Shown: piece after piece, positions 1-12,624 of the stretch
Numbering within the stretch: position 1 is the first letter of the stretch
How the letters are laid out: every line of letters starts with the position of its first letter
Source of the DNA: Daphnia carinata
Lineage: Eukaryota
Direction: 5' to 3'
Length of the DNA: 64,000 nucleotides
Assembly (NCBI RefSeq): GCF_022539665.2
Contig: NC_081333.1
Location: 12,276,001 to 12,340,000 of the forward strand
Position numbers and translations under genes: made by a program
Notes under the pieces: model-generated
The model's database searches: none
What the model saw: the letters and a program-made list of their open reading frames with translations, nothing else
What the model was told of the DNA's origin: nothing

Positions 1-3000
1 TGGACGCCGCATTAAAGACGACGGGGTTCCACCCCCTTGGAAAGAAAGCTTTTTTTTTTTGTACCGTCACAGTGGCTGACGTTAGCTGCCATGAAAAGAA
101 GAAACTAATATATCAAAAGAACTTTGGCCCCCACTTTAGGGAGCAGCCAACTTGAAAATCCTTTTCGTGCTTTTTCTTTCCCTCTGTCCTTTTAAATTTT
201 TCTTGCTGCACCAGCTCTCACGTGTCTATAGACCAGAGAGTTACAATGCACTTTTCTTTAAATAGTAAGTAACACCATGGCTCTTTTTTCAACAAACAAT
301 TTTAGCTCTAAAAGCTTTTTTTTTTTATTTGGATGGGGGGTGAAATGTGTTGGGGTATTAATCTGCATTTTCATGTTGAAGATGCACACCTTTAAGCTGA
401 TGCTTGTCAAATATTCGGGGGGACTATCTCTTTTGCATTTCTGAATTCTCGAGACGCTTCTTGTAACACGAGGCAATTAACGAAGGAAGGGGAACTTTGT
501 CCCGAACTAATTGACACGACGTCATTGACGCTATTCCAGTTGTGTAGAACGATGACTTGATGTTGAAGGGGGTTTTCGTGAGAGCGACGTGATGGAGTTA
601 ATCAACTCTGACAGATTTCTGTGTTATACGAATCCACTTTCACGTACATCAATCGAAAATGGCAATCATTTCCACGTGTCGATTAAAACCGGAATTTTTT
701 TTTCAAACAAAAAAAGAATTGATGTACACACAACGTTCCACTTGTGTGTTCCAACATTTTTTGGGGTTTTTTCTCAAAGTCATTAAAAGTTGGAGCGGTT
801 TCTCAGAAAACTCGTTACACTTAAAAATAACGTATCCCTAATTTGCGAGAAAGAAAGTTATTGTTCGTTTTTTGTTTTTCATTGTCGGCGTAGTTCTTTC
901 CTGCCCCGACGTTTGTTTACATTTTAACTGAGTCATTCGATTCAACGATAGACGAATCTCTTTTAAAATACAATGGGCTTCTCTCTCTTTTTCGTGTGCT
1001 TATATAATTGCAACGAATAGTGTTACAAAATGTTTAATGAAACACGTAGTATACGAACGTAGGAAAAATAACAAACTCCCCCATTTGTTAATGGAAGCAC
1101 ATGAACCAAAATTTATATTGAACATTTCCCCCCCGGAAACCTCAAAAAAAAAAAAAAAAAAAGAGAACTGGCGTAGTCGAAAAACCTTTAAGAAAAAGGA
1201 AAGCCCATTAGTGTGATGGATCTTTCTCAATTGTGAATAACAACGTAAAAAAAAGGAACATTAATATAAATAAATCAAGTAACTTCCATCTTGTTTTCGT
1301 ATTCACATGACGTGCAACTTTGAAAATAACGGATGACTAATTAAAATTGGTTTTGTTATGCGGCCATGTTTTTTAATCGATATCAACACATTGTGTTGCA
1401 AAAGAGCCGGTTCGATTCAAAATTTTGAGCAATCATTTTTCAATAGGGGAATTATACAAAGAAAATACGGGTCGCCTTATAGGAGTGGCCAACGTTTTCG
1501 GCCAATCGACTCACTGCCAACAGAACAAAAGAATTTGGCATTTGTTATCGCTCTTTTTTGTGCTTCGAAAAGACTTTGTCGCGAGCCACATAGCCGTGAC
1601 GTCATCATCCGTCCGTAAAACATTTTTTTTTCTCTTTTAGGAAAAGAAATCAATTTTTCTTTTTACTAAAGGCACATTTGATGACGTCGGAAAAACAATA
1701 ATCCCCTCTAGCTTTTTTTTTCTGTTTTGTTTGTCCGAGTTCCACTCTGATAATTTTCTCAAATGTTATTATCATGTCGTTTTTTATGTTTCTGTCTGAT
1801 GGTTGTTTTTTATATCGAATTCAAAAGACTATTTTGAATCCATTTTCAGGAATTGCTCTCTCTACAATTGAAACAATCGATACGTGAAAGAGAGAGTTCC
1901 TTGTTTTTAAAGGTAAATTGCGTTTATTGTAGGGGGGGGGGCTTGTGTAACACGACAGCAAATTATTTTGTTTTAAAAGAGAAACAAAAGTCTTTTTCTT
2001 GAAGATTTTGGCCGTTTGACAACATTTTGTGTTGTCATTCTTTGTGATCTTTTTCTGTCATCTTTCCCTTTTGTTAATAAGGAACGACATGGAAAAAGGG
2101 AAACAAAAAGGAAATCCTCTTCAATTCCTCCGTTTCTTCTTTTGTTGTTTTTATCTTTGGTGTCAACTAGACCCAGTGATTTATAGAGAGCTTCGTCATT
2201 CGTCTCTGGTGACCCCTATATCCGTCAAAGACAAAAAAATACGAGATATAAATCAACGTATAGAACAGCCACTGTCCTTTTTCCTTCTTCCCTCGTGAAA
2301 AACAAAAAAAAAATTGGTAAATTACATTTCCCCGAAAGAAAATGAACAAAAATAAGGTCACCTCTACGTGGGAAGTGTTGATGTGTGTGTGGTATCAACT
2401 GAGAAAGTTTCCTTTATTTTTTTCCATTGATTGGTTTCTCCATTAAGGTTGGAGGCTTTTTTTAATGGCACGTATCGCAAGGGCACACATACCATAATTG
2501 CTAAAGAACGTATCGTAGATGTACGTATAGTCCTGCGCGCAGATCCACTTTAACGAGCTTGTGAGTATCCGACTGGAAAACACAAGAAAAAGGGGGGGAT
2601 CGTGTGGCCGCAACAGAGGGATTATTATTTTTTTTTTTTTCTTCGTTCCACATTGGCCATCTGGTTTAATTACCACTTTTTTCTTGAACATTTGAGACGT
2701 TGGACACAGTCTATTGTTTGAAATCCCTCTTGCAACGTCTGACACATCGTGTGCGAGGGGGAGAAAACATGGAACTTATTCGACTATGAATTTTTCCTTT
2801 CGGTTGATTGTGCCTGGCCAGGAAATAAAAAAAATATATATATTTTTCCTCCATGTTACGCTTTTGTGACGTCAACTGTTTTTCTTCTTCCCCTTGTCTA
2901 TCAATACAGCGATAAAAAAGGGGATATAATCTACTGGACCCATCAGTTTAAGACCCGTTGCTCCATTATTTATGTTTCTCCCTCAAAGGATCTGATGGGC

Positions 3001-6000
3001 CCAGTTTTTTTGCACAAACATCTCTCTCTCTCTTTATGTATATGCCTGTGTCATTTTCTTCTTAATCATTCATACATTTCGTTTGCCCGTCATCATCATC
3101 CTGGCTTATTTTTTTCAACGCCTTCGCTTCCAGACAGAACCTTCCCCCTACTCCATCAGTTTAAAAAACCCTCTTGGGGGCGAACGCACGCCCGGCTTCC
3201 TTGCAAGAAGCAAATTATCATCCAAAGTGGTAGAAAAAGGGGGCCCTCACGGCTTTTTTTTTTTTAAATCATCGGTTATATGGACTGCTGGAACACGACC
3301 GGGGGACGAAAGGTCGTTCATCATTCGTTAAAAATCAGTAACGCTCGATGCATTCGCCCTTTTTTTCTTTGGGGTTTGCCAAAATAATTATGACACAGCG
3401 GACTATAAATCCGTTAAAAAGAAAGAAAAAAACAAAACAGGAATGATCTTGTAGTTTGACATCATTCAAACCGACGGTCTAATTAAAAACAGAAATTCGA
3501 GGAATTTCACGGTGCCTTGGCGAAAAAGAATCGTTTTCAACTCTTTGAGACACACACACACACTGGAAGATATTTACATAAATCCATCCCGTCCTTTTTT
3601 TTTGGCTAGGGTTTCAGGTTTAAAAAAAAAAGATTGGAAGCAAAACTGTACGCCCTCGTCTGCCGGCTCGTAAATCAACCCATCATTAATATTAATCACC
3701 TGCTGCCTTTTGGGTTATAACGTTAGTTCTTTTCATCCCTGTTACACACTGAGGGGAGGGAGTTGTGTTATCTTCTCATTTTGCTCGATTTTTGTTTTTT
3801 TGTTTACTACCCCTGACGATGATAATAGAGTCCCTTCTCTGTGTGTGTCTCTGTTGAAAGAGATTCATTTTTATTTTGGCTCTGCTCTTTGAAACGCATT
3901 TCGTGCACTGTCCGCTGTTGGCGTTCTCAGCACTTGGCCAGCAAATAGACACACGGGAAATCCGCCCTCTCTACTTTTCCATCTCCTTCTTTCTTTTTTG
4001 TGTGTTCCACAGAGAGAGAGAGAGGGAAAACATAATTAGTGTAGCCAGGCGAGGTCCCCATCATCAAGAGTCGGCAACTTTCGGGCGAACGAACGCGCGC
4101 GCGCACGGACCCCAATTTTTTATTTTTTTTTTCTTCTTAATTTCCTTTTGATTTCTTCTTCCTCTCAGCAAGGGAGGGGAAAAAAGGCTTTATCCTCTTA
4201 TATATATCGCCCACTCTGTGGTGCAGAGACGTGCTCATATTTCCATCCATATTTTTCCATCGAACGTCCTCGCAATTTCCCCGGCGATCCCCTTTGCAAC
4301 ACCAATCCCGCTATAATACGCTCGAGTGCTATTGTCTGTGACGCAATAACACTTGCGTAAACAACAAAAAATTCTATTTTTAACATTTGCAATTAGACAT
4401 TTTTTTTTTCTCATCGCTCGTGGACAACTTTAAATCATTTAAAAATTGTTCCTGCAAGGAAAAAAATCGTTTTTCTTTTTTGCTCATCTAAAAACACGCC
4501 AAGCATTCAGCCCCCCAATGAGCTAATTAAGAGTTTGGGAACGGGAACGCGCGCACGCCAGCAAAAAAAAAGGACTTGATGAACGAGTTTGGCAGAAGAG
4601 GATGGGTGGTCGGGATTTTGGAGTCGTTCGCAATCGAAAGTTTATACGGTCCAACGTACTCTGAAGCCGTTGAGAATGACGACCAAGTTATCCCTCATTT
4701 GCTTTTTCTTTTCTTTCAATTTTCATTTTCGGGAGCCTCCTAAAATTAAAGCAAACCGACTTAACACCAAACTTTTTCTACACGATAATTAAAGGGACAA
4801 GTGGTCGACTAATCAGTTGAAGAATCGTAAACTTTTAGAATAATTTCCGAGTTTTAAAAAAATTCGTGATTCAAAAGGCGGGTAAGAAGTTTTTGAAAAT
4901 TGTTCATCGGTGGTAGTCTTACATAATAGGGGAGTTGGAAGCCCCACCGACAGCTGTTGACGAAGAAGGGTGGGCCTTAGAAACTTTATTTCAGCACGTT
5001 GATGTTCTTTGCATATGTACGCAGCTGTTTTGTCGCCTATTTCGCTCAATATTATGCACAGGCTCGCTGCACCCTACCACCCCCCGAAAGAAGTTTTGCG
5101 TTCAACTTTAGACAACAATTTTTTTTTTTTTTTTTTTACATAATTCAATGATGGACGGACGTGACGCAAGAAAATGTGCGCAGATGATGAGCGGTGTGGA
5201 GGTGTTGTTCAAAGCTCGGAGGGGGCATCCGAAAGTCATTAAGACCCGCAGTGAAGCAACATCATTCATCAGGGAAAAAAACCAAAAGTAGCAACGGCAG
5301 CACAAAAATCCCGACGCGAAAATGGCCTCCAGACACAAAAAAAAAAATCTTAGGAAATGCACGGACAGCCGCAATCCAACAACAGCAGGTTATAATAATC
5401 TTTAAAAGTAATATATACAACAAAAGCGCACGTATACACACACACCGGGCATAATGGTATAAACCTCCGTGTATATGTTAGACTGTACTACTTTTTTACA
5501 CACACAAGGTCCTAAAAAGAATTTCTGCCCTATTCACGTTTTATTTCATTGTCCTCTCGTCTTCTTTCACATTTTTTTTTTTTTCATTTCTCTTTGGCAA
5601 TTTGGGCCCTCCCGTCTGGGATTCCACGCCATTTCGCCCACGGAAATCTCCCGCGTGCTTCTCTCTCTATACAAGCGTCACAAAAGAGGATAAAAAAGGT
5701 TTTCTCTCTGGCTTTGGCACGCATTCAACTATTTGGTTATTTCCCTGTGTTCCATGAGAAGAAGCTGACTCTCTATACGCTTGTGGGTTGTTGATTTGCC
5801 AGGCACCGCTAGCTGCGGTTCTTTTCCTAGCGCGTCACGACCTATACGCGGCCATGATTCAGCCATGGCGTCCCTTTTTCCTCTTCGTGTACTTGTATAT
5901 TATAACACAGAGTGAATGCCTGGCACTGCAAAGTTGCGTGTGCTTGCAGCTTCTCTTTTGTTTGGCTGCTGCAAATGTTGCTGTGTCTGCGTCCGCTGGC

Positions 6001-7843
6001 GGCTACACAGACATTCTTGCGAGTTATTCATGATTCCATTTTTATTTAGACGTCTGCTGGCGGATGGATATACTATGCGGACTGTCGGGGAAATAAGGAA
6101 AAAGAAATGCCACGAGTGCCGCAGGAAGAGAGGGGGGCAGGGACACATAACGATCTCTTTTGGACTTTTGGACTTGCCATCCATTTTCTTTCCGTCTCGT
6201 GTTTGTCTATTCCAGTCCTGATGAGACTCAGATAGGCCACTACTTTTAGAAAAGAAACTTTCAGTTTTTTTTTTTTTATTTTATTAGTTTCACAGAGAAA
6301 CTGCTGAGACGATATAAAAGGGTAACTGTAGAGATTATGGTCGGATGGGTATTGATTCGCCTTTTGTTCCATCACCATCGTGTTCCATCATCTATTCACA
6401 GATGGCTCGCTGCAATCAATGTCAAGTGGCTTTCCTTTAAAAAAAGAACTCACTTTAAGGAAGCAAAAAAAAAAAAAAAAAAAATTTAAAATGTGTTGGG
6501 AAAAAGTCAAAGGAGATGGAAAAGATTTGACATGAGAAAGAAATTTCATTTTTTTTTTTTTTTTTTTGAAAATAAAATTCCAATCGGCTGTCTGATGTTG
6601 ACGGGATGTCGGGACCCGGGCGGATTTGTTTACTTATCGAGCAAACAACTTGACACAGCAAGTTCTCTTCAATTTCCTATCTCTTCTTTTTTAAACTTGT
6701 ACGTCTTCCCTTCCCTCTGCATATCCTACACATATATTTTTCTGAAGTTAAAATATTTGAACGCGGCATTTTCAGCCGCTCCTAAGTAAGTACATAAAAC
6801 GGAACACGTACATATATGCAAAAGACCTTTTTTTTTTTTTTTTTCTTTGCTTTTCTCGACAAGTCGATGACCAGTCAGAACAACGAAAAAAAATCTTGGC
6901 TTTGCCTCCACGACCCGCTGCCAACAACCTTTAAAAAACGTCGCTTTAAAAGTGCAGAGTCAAAGTCAATCTCATAGATTTTTTTTTTTTTTTTGAAAAA
7001 AAAAAGGAAAAGATAACAGCATTTCACCATCTGCACCGCGGTTTTTATATTTTTCTTATTTATTGAACCCCCCTCGCTCTCAAGACGTTTAACCAATGGG
7101 GGTATAAACCAAGTCCAATGGGCTGGAGAGAGACGGCCAGGGTTCATTTCGTGGTTAGGAAAGGGCAAGGTTTTATTTTTTCGAACCACGCAGTTCCGCT
7201 TCGCCCCCAATAACAAGACGGGAAATAGCAAATGAAAAAAGTAACATTTTTAATGACTCAGTGGGAAAAGTGTATAGCAGCCTGATTTGAATTTGACTCG
7301 GTCATCGGTAACGAAAAGCGTCTTTGCCTTCTAGCTTTTGGTATATTGAGCGAAAAACAGCCTCGACAGAGAAGTGGGAGGTTGGAAATCGGTATCGAAT
7401 ATCCTTCATTCAATCACTGTCAGCATTCCAGACTGGCATGCTTAGTGGCTCTCTGAGCTGTTGATAAACAATGGGGGCAACCTTTAAACTTGTGGAAGTG
7501 CATGCATCATCAGTAACAAGTAGATCGTTTTGCAGGCGAACCGGGGGCGAGACTGCGACTGCATTTCACCGATTGGATTATCAGATTGCCGCTTAGAAAG
7601 TCCTATCTCGAGGAAGCAGAGGGTTGACGATGTATTTTGTGCGGCCGCCTCATGTGAAAAATAATATACACAACCCAACCAACCAAAGAGTTGCATCATC
7701 GTTCGCTTTCCCACTCGCAAACGTGTATATACAATACCCACACACACAAACATGTATATATGTGAGAGTGTGGTAGACCGTAAACATTTCAACTGGTGCA
7801 GTTCTCAGACAAATAATAATATTAACATCAAAAAATAAAAACA

Positions 7844-10349
7844 TTAAGGCTTGACGAATTGAAGGACTTGTTTGGCTTGCGACTTGGCGACTTGATACAT
7901 CTGACGAGGCGTCACCTCGCTTTTGGAATCGTTGAGCAACGCCATGCAAATTACTGAGAGCTTGTTGGCGCAGGTGCGGAAGAGCGGATCTTTCGTGGTG
8001 ATCTGCTGATCGCCCAAAACTTTAATGATGACGGCTTTCAGCTGCTGCTTGAATGTGTCCTTTGGGAACGCGGCAGCTCGTTCGTTGTTGTTTTTCTTGG
8101 AAGGCGTCGTTCGATTACTCGTTCGAGTTAGTCCGCCGCTTTTGGCCAACAGACGGGGAGACTTGCGGAGCTGCGCGAGGTCATGCGGTTGTTGATTCTT
8201 CTTCGGCGTTCGGGCTGCAACCACACCAGAGCTCGAAGCTAAAGCCGGCGGACGGTTTTTGGCTGACAGCTGATAGGAAGTCGAACTGTTGATCGACCAC
8301 GGGTTACACCACGTTGCTGACGCTGTCTCGGGAGGTACCCACTTGTCCTGGTATTCAGATCGCTGTTTCTCAGCTTTCTCATCTTCCACGCTGCGATTAT
8401 AACTAATTCAATAATGCTTATTAGCATACTTTAAAATTTCTTTTGCCATAATAAGAAAACCTACTTGATCCCGTGATATTTTAAATTGACGCTCAAGGGC
8501 CATTCCGTCTTCCGGGCTGTTTCCACATCACACGTCGGTTTCAATCGTGTCGAGACGATGCTTTCAGGACGAGTCTTTTTGGGAGAGCGATTGGGTTGCT
8601 GTTTTTTGTTGAAACAACGTAGCAAACTGTTGACATCGACTGAGACGGTACGGCCATTGGAGCCAGGTTGTAATAAGCGATTGTTCATAGTAGCAGGCCG
8701 GTCAATTTCGGTAACCATCTTCTTTTCCAACTTCCATTTGAGAACTTCGGCTTCTGAGAATTCCGGCCACTCGTTTTTCTGTGGCTCGAATTTGGCTGTG
8801 AATCGATGGTGTTGTTTTGCCACGGCTAACGCGACTTCGTCCAACAGTTCGTTCACTGTAGGCAGGTCAATGGAACCATTCTCTTTAATCCACGTTTGAA
8901 GCGCATGCAACTGCAACCGCCGGATTTCTTTTTCTAATCGATCCACTCGTAAGTAGTCTGACGCAGCCGGAACTATGGTGTGCTCAGTTGCGGAAACCTT
9001 AGGCACTGAGAAAGCGATCGTTGAACAATGTCCGACGTAAACATTTGCCATATTTTGCAGTTGATCGGCTCCTTTCAGTAGATAAAGCCTCAATTCACTG
9101 TCGGTCCAGTGACTCAAGAAATAAAGGGATTGCGACGTCGTTTCCTTTCCCCGATGTTCCACTTCCTCAGTTGTGTAGTCAAGGCGAAACAGAAATGAAA
9201 CCTATTCAAATAAGTCATTGATTTAATATTTTGTTTATATTTTTAGTGAATAACACAGTTACGTTTTCATCCATTGCTTTCCAGAACGAATCTGCTTCTT
9301 CTATTGATAGTACCAAAGACGTTGAGGTATAGAAAATGAACGGTACACTGTCGGCATCAAATGAGCCGACCAGTTCCAAAAATGAACAAAATGTTTTCCT
9401 CTGTTAAAGAATTGAAATAATTAAAATTACCATCCATAAAACTTGCAGATTAACAAATACTACCGGTGCCGCAATAAACGGGAAACATTCACCCCTTATT
9501 TGACTTATGAGCAGATCCAGAGAGTCAAAGCCATAACTGAGTTCAGCATGTTCAAGATGTCTGAAATGGTTAGGATTTTGAGGATCTCTCATTTTCAAAG
9601 ATCCACGCCAAAACAGTTGATGGTTTATACCTATGCACAATATGGCAAACTCTTGTTTATGAAATATCTTTACGTTGTTGCACAGACTAAATGATTTCCA
9701 AAATTCAGGACAATCTTCCTTTTGTATTATTATGTCAATGGCGTAGTTCTTTAAATTATTGAAAGCCTTCTCATCCCATGGGTCAGATGGTATGTCTGCA
9801 ATGAAACTGCTGGAAAGAAATTCTTGGAACACTTCAACTCCTAAGCCTTTAATTATTTTGTGAGAATTCGTCAAGCAAACAGCCCACTGAATCGAAGATT
9901 GGTTCTGGACTAACTGGCCGGCATTTGGTGCTCGAGATGATTTCACCATAGAACTCTGATAATCCTTCACAACTTGAAAATCATGTTTCCATTTCACTGA
10001 AAAAAACAAACAAAGAAAATTAATATAACATATAGTAGGCATGGTTCTATGGAACAAGGTAATGCCAATTCATGGCCTTTACTTTCAGCATTCACAGACG
10101 GAAGCTTTCATGAAAATGTTTATAAATCTTTCATTTTTGAATGTTAAATTAAGCCCATTGCAATGAAATCCTGTTATAGTAAGGGCAACTTATGGTAAAA
10201 ACAACAAGGTGATATGATGGAAATATAAATTGCTAGGTTGGAAACCTTCACAAAATCAAAGAAATGAGATGAGAAAAAACAAATGTTAACCTACCTATCT
10301 CGTTTTTATTGTTAACATCATCAATCACAATTATAAAATATCGTTCCAT
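7844..10349 (-). CDS. MTBP: Mdm2-binding protein (MTBP / Sld7-like replication origin-firing factor), about 5 exons
   Basis: Exon 1 (10349-10295) reads MERYFIIVIDD, like the vertebrate MTBP start (recalled as MDRYLLLVI). It splices in phase 1 to 9996 (VKWKHDF..., ORF 9404..10057). Later exons lie in ORFs 8461..9162 and 7844..8389, joined across a GT-AG intron as EWPLSVNLKYHGI-N-YNRS (MTBP YHGIEY motif). The C-terminus LKAVIIKVLGDQQITTKDPLFRTCANKLSVICMALLND...QMYQVAKSQAKQVLQFV matches the MTBP C-terminal domain pattern. Recognised from memory, no search run; internal exon boundaries approximate. Confidence 0.82.
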
Positions 10350-10517
10350 GGTGTCGGCGAAAATTCACTGTTTATTTATTATGCTTCAACCAGATAGTTT
10401 TATTGAAAAGTAACACAATAGCAGACAGTTGACGTTTGAACGCGCCAAATAGCAAAACCATTTGTCCTCGCTGCTTAGCAACCGCAAGCAGACGAAAATT
10501 GGTCTTCAACTGAAAAA
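10350..10517. promoter_or_regulatory. Probable bidirectional promoter / shared 5' region between MTBP and POGLUT2/3
   Basis: Only 168 bp separate the two divergent start codons (10349 on -, 10518 on +). The interval contains GCGCCAAA (10442-10449), an E2F-like site. Function inferred from geometry. Confidence 0.6.
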
Positions 10518-12410
10518 ATGTCAGTTTTCAAATATGCGTTTGTCTGGAACTGCATAAGTATTTTCATAATTATTTTTAATCCGACAACAAGTATTGCAAA
10601 TGAGCTGTCTGAGTGCATGGTCACCGGGCCAGGAATCATTCCCGATCGGGTGGTTCTTCCTGCTCGATATTTTTTCATACAGTCAACAGGAAGGTACCAT
10701 CACGGTGTTTCATGTAGACGTAAAGCATGTACAGTTTTATCTATTGATTTAGGTGTAATATTTCACAAGCCGAACTAGTTGTCGAGCTGAAAGGAAAATC
10801 TGAACATGGTCCTTGCAGAGTATGGACTCAGATACTTGATCGTCATGATGGAAGCTTCATTGTTCGCTACAAAATGTTCCAGGTGGGTTCAATAGCTAAT
10901 AACTTATCTTAGAACTCTAAACAATAAAAACAAATCATTCAGTACTGTGATGACATGGAAATTCATGTCATCTGGAAAGGCCATCATCTAGCTGAATCTC
11001 CCTACACTTATGAAGGAAGGATATATGCTGAAGCCTGTGATTGCCCACTAGACAACATTGATGAGATGATTGCTGCCTATCAATGTTCAACTGATGTTGT
11101 TCAGGTTGATAATGACCTTAGTCAATTCCACAATGTTGACTTCAACCAAGTTCTTAGTGAAGCGATAAAGAGATTCAGTCATGCAGGTTCTTACAGTTTT
11201 TGCCATTATGTGGTTCTTAATAATAAGGTAAATGTTCTGTACATAGTTATCATAACACGTAGTACAATTTTAGTGTTTCTCGAAAGGTACATCGTCACTG
11301 CTATGGCCAACATGTGGGATTCAACATGTTTATGGATAATATTCTGTTATCCATATCCCGTAAGGCAATCCTGCCTGACATGGAGTTTTTGATGAATCTT
11401 GGGGATTGGCCATTAGTCAAGAAAAATGTGCGACCAATCATACCAATATTCTCCTGGTGTGGATCAACCGAAACTGCTGATATTGTAATGCCGACCTATG
11501 ATATCACGGAAGCCTCATTGGAGTGTATGGGAAGGTTGTAAAACTGCTTTGCTTTCTGTGAAAAGAAAAAAAACTGACTTTTACTACTTTTTTTTACAGG
11601 GTAACTTTGGACATGTTATCTGTACAGTCCAATCCGGAAATAAGGTGGGAAAACAAACAAGATAAGGCTTTCTGGAGAGGAAGAGATTCACGTCGGGAAC
11701 GATTAAACTTGGTTAAACTTTCACGTCGTCACCCTGAATTGATCAATGCATCTCTAACCAACTTCTTCTTCTTTCGGGACGAAGAGGAGACATACGGACC
11801 GAAAGAGGACCACATTTCCTTCTTCAAATTTTTTGATGTAACTTTTATTGCTCAGCACTCCAAAAATTCTTCTTTAATTCAGAATTAACTTCATCGTTCG
11901 TGTCTGGTTTTAGTACAAGTACCAGTTGAACATAGATGGTACAGTAGCAGCATATCGCTTCCCCTACCTATTGGCCGGCGATGCCGTAGTGTTCAAGCAA
12001 GATTCCGAATACTACGAGCACTTTTATAGTGACCTCAAACCGAAAGTGCACTATATTCCAATCAAAGCAGACCTCAGTGACCTGGTTGAGGTGATTAAAT
12101 GGGCCAAGACTCACGACGAAGAAGTTCGACAAATCGGTGCTAATGGAAGGCAGTATGCCAGGAGTCACCTTTTGCCAAAAGATATTATTTGTTATCACGC
12201 CACCCTTTTTAAGGTTTTTTGCATACGAAGTAGATGTTTGATCTTTTAATTAACATTTTCTTTTTTGTCTTACTGCAGAAATGGAGCCAGAAACTCAAAA
12301 CTCCTGTTCGTGTTCGTGATCAAATGACTTTAGTTAAGCCGTCTAATTCGACGGACAAGCGGCTAGGTAGCTGCCAGTGTTCGAAGAAAATGACCCATAT
12401 GGAACTATGA
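10518..12410 (+). CDS. POGLUT2: Protein O-glucosyltransferase 2/3-like (KDELC family; filamin-type repeat plus CAP10/GT90 domain), about 7 exons
   Basis: Signal-peptide-like N-terminus followed by [82 protein letters not shown] and [18 protein letters not shown]...YYEHFY, all typical of KDELC1/2. The last exon (12279-12410) ends ...[11 protein letters not shown], a KDEL-like signal. POGLUT2 versus POGLUT3 is not resolvable. Confidence 0.92.
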
Positions 12411-12624
12411 AATGGAATCATTTTCACGCAGCTTACGCTTATCAAGTGCCAAAGTAATCAGAAAAAACTGGCTACGTTTATGAATCTTCAACTCTTACTG
12501 CATGTAGTGTTATTCCAGAAAACAAAACAGGTATATAATACACTTTGCTTTTACACATACTATTTAACTCAAAACTTCCAAAGAAGTTTAGCATTCGAGG
12601 GAACACATTTCTAAGTCGATAGAA

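Noticed and set aside
1..7800. Many 60-170 aa ORFs in the ORF track here, and similarly at 21.5-26 kb, 31-44 kb and 48-64 kb
   Set aside because: Dominated by poly-F/K from homopolymer runs, often with non-ATG starts, with no domains and no consistent exon chains.
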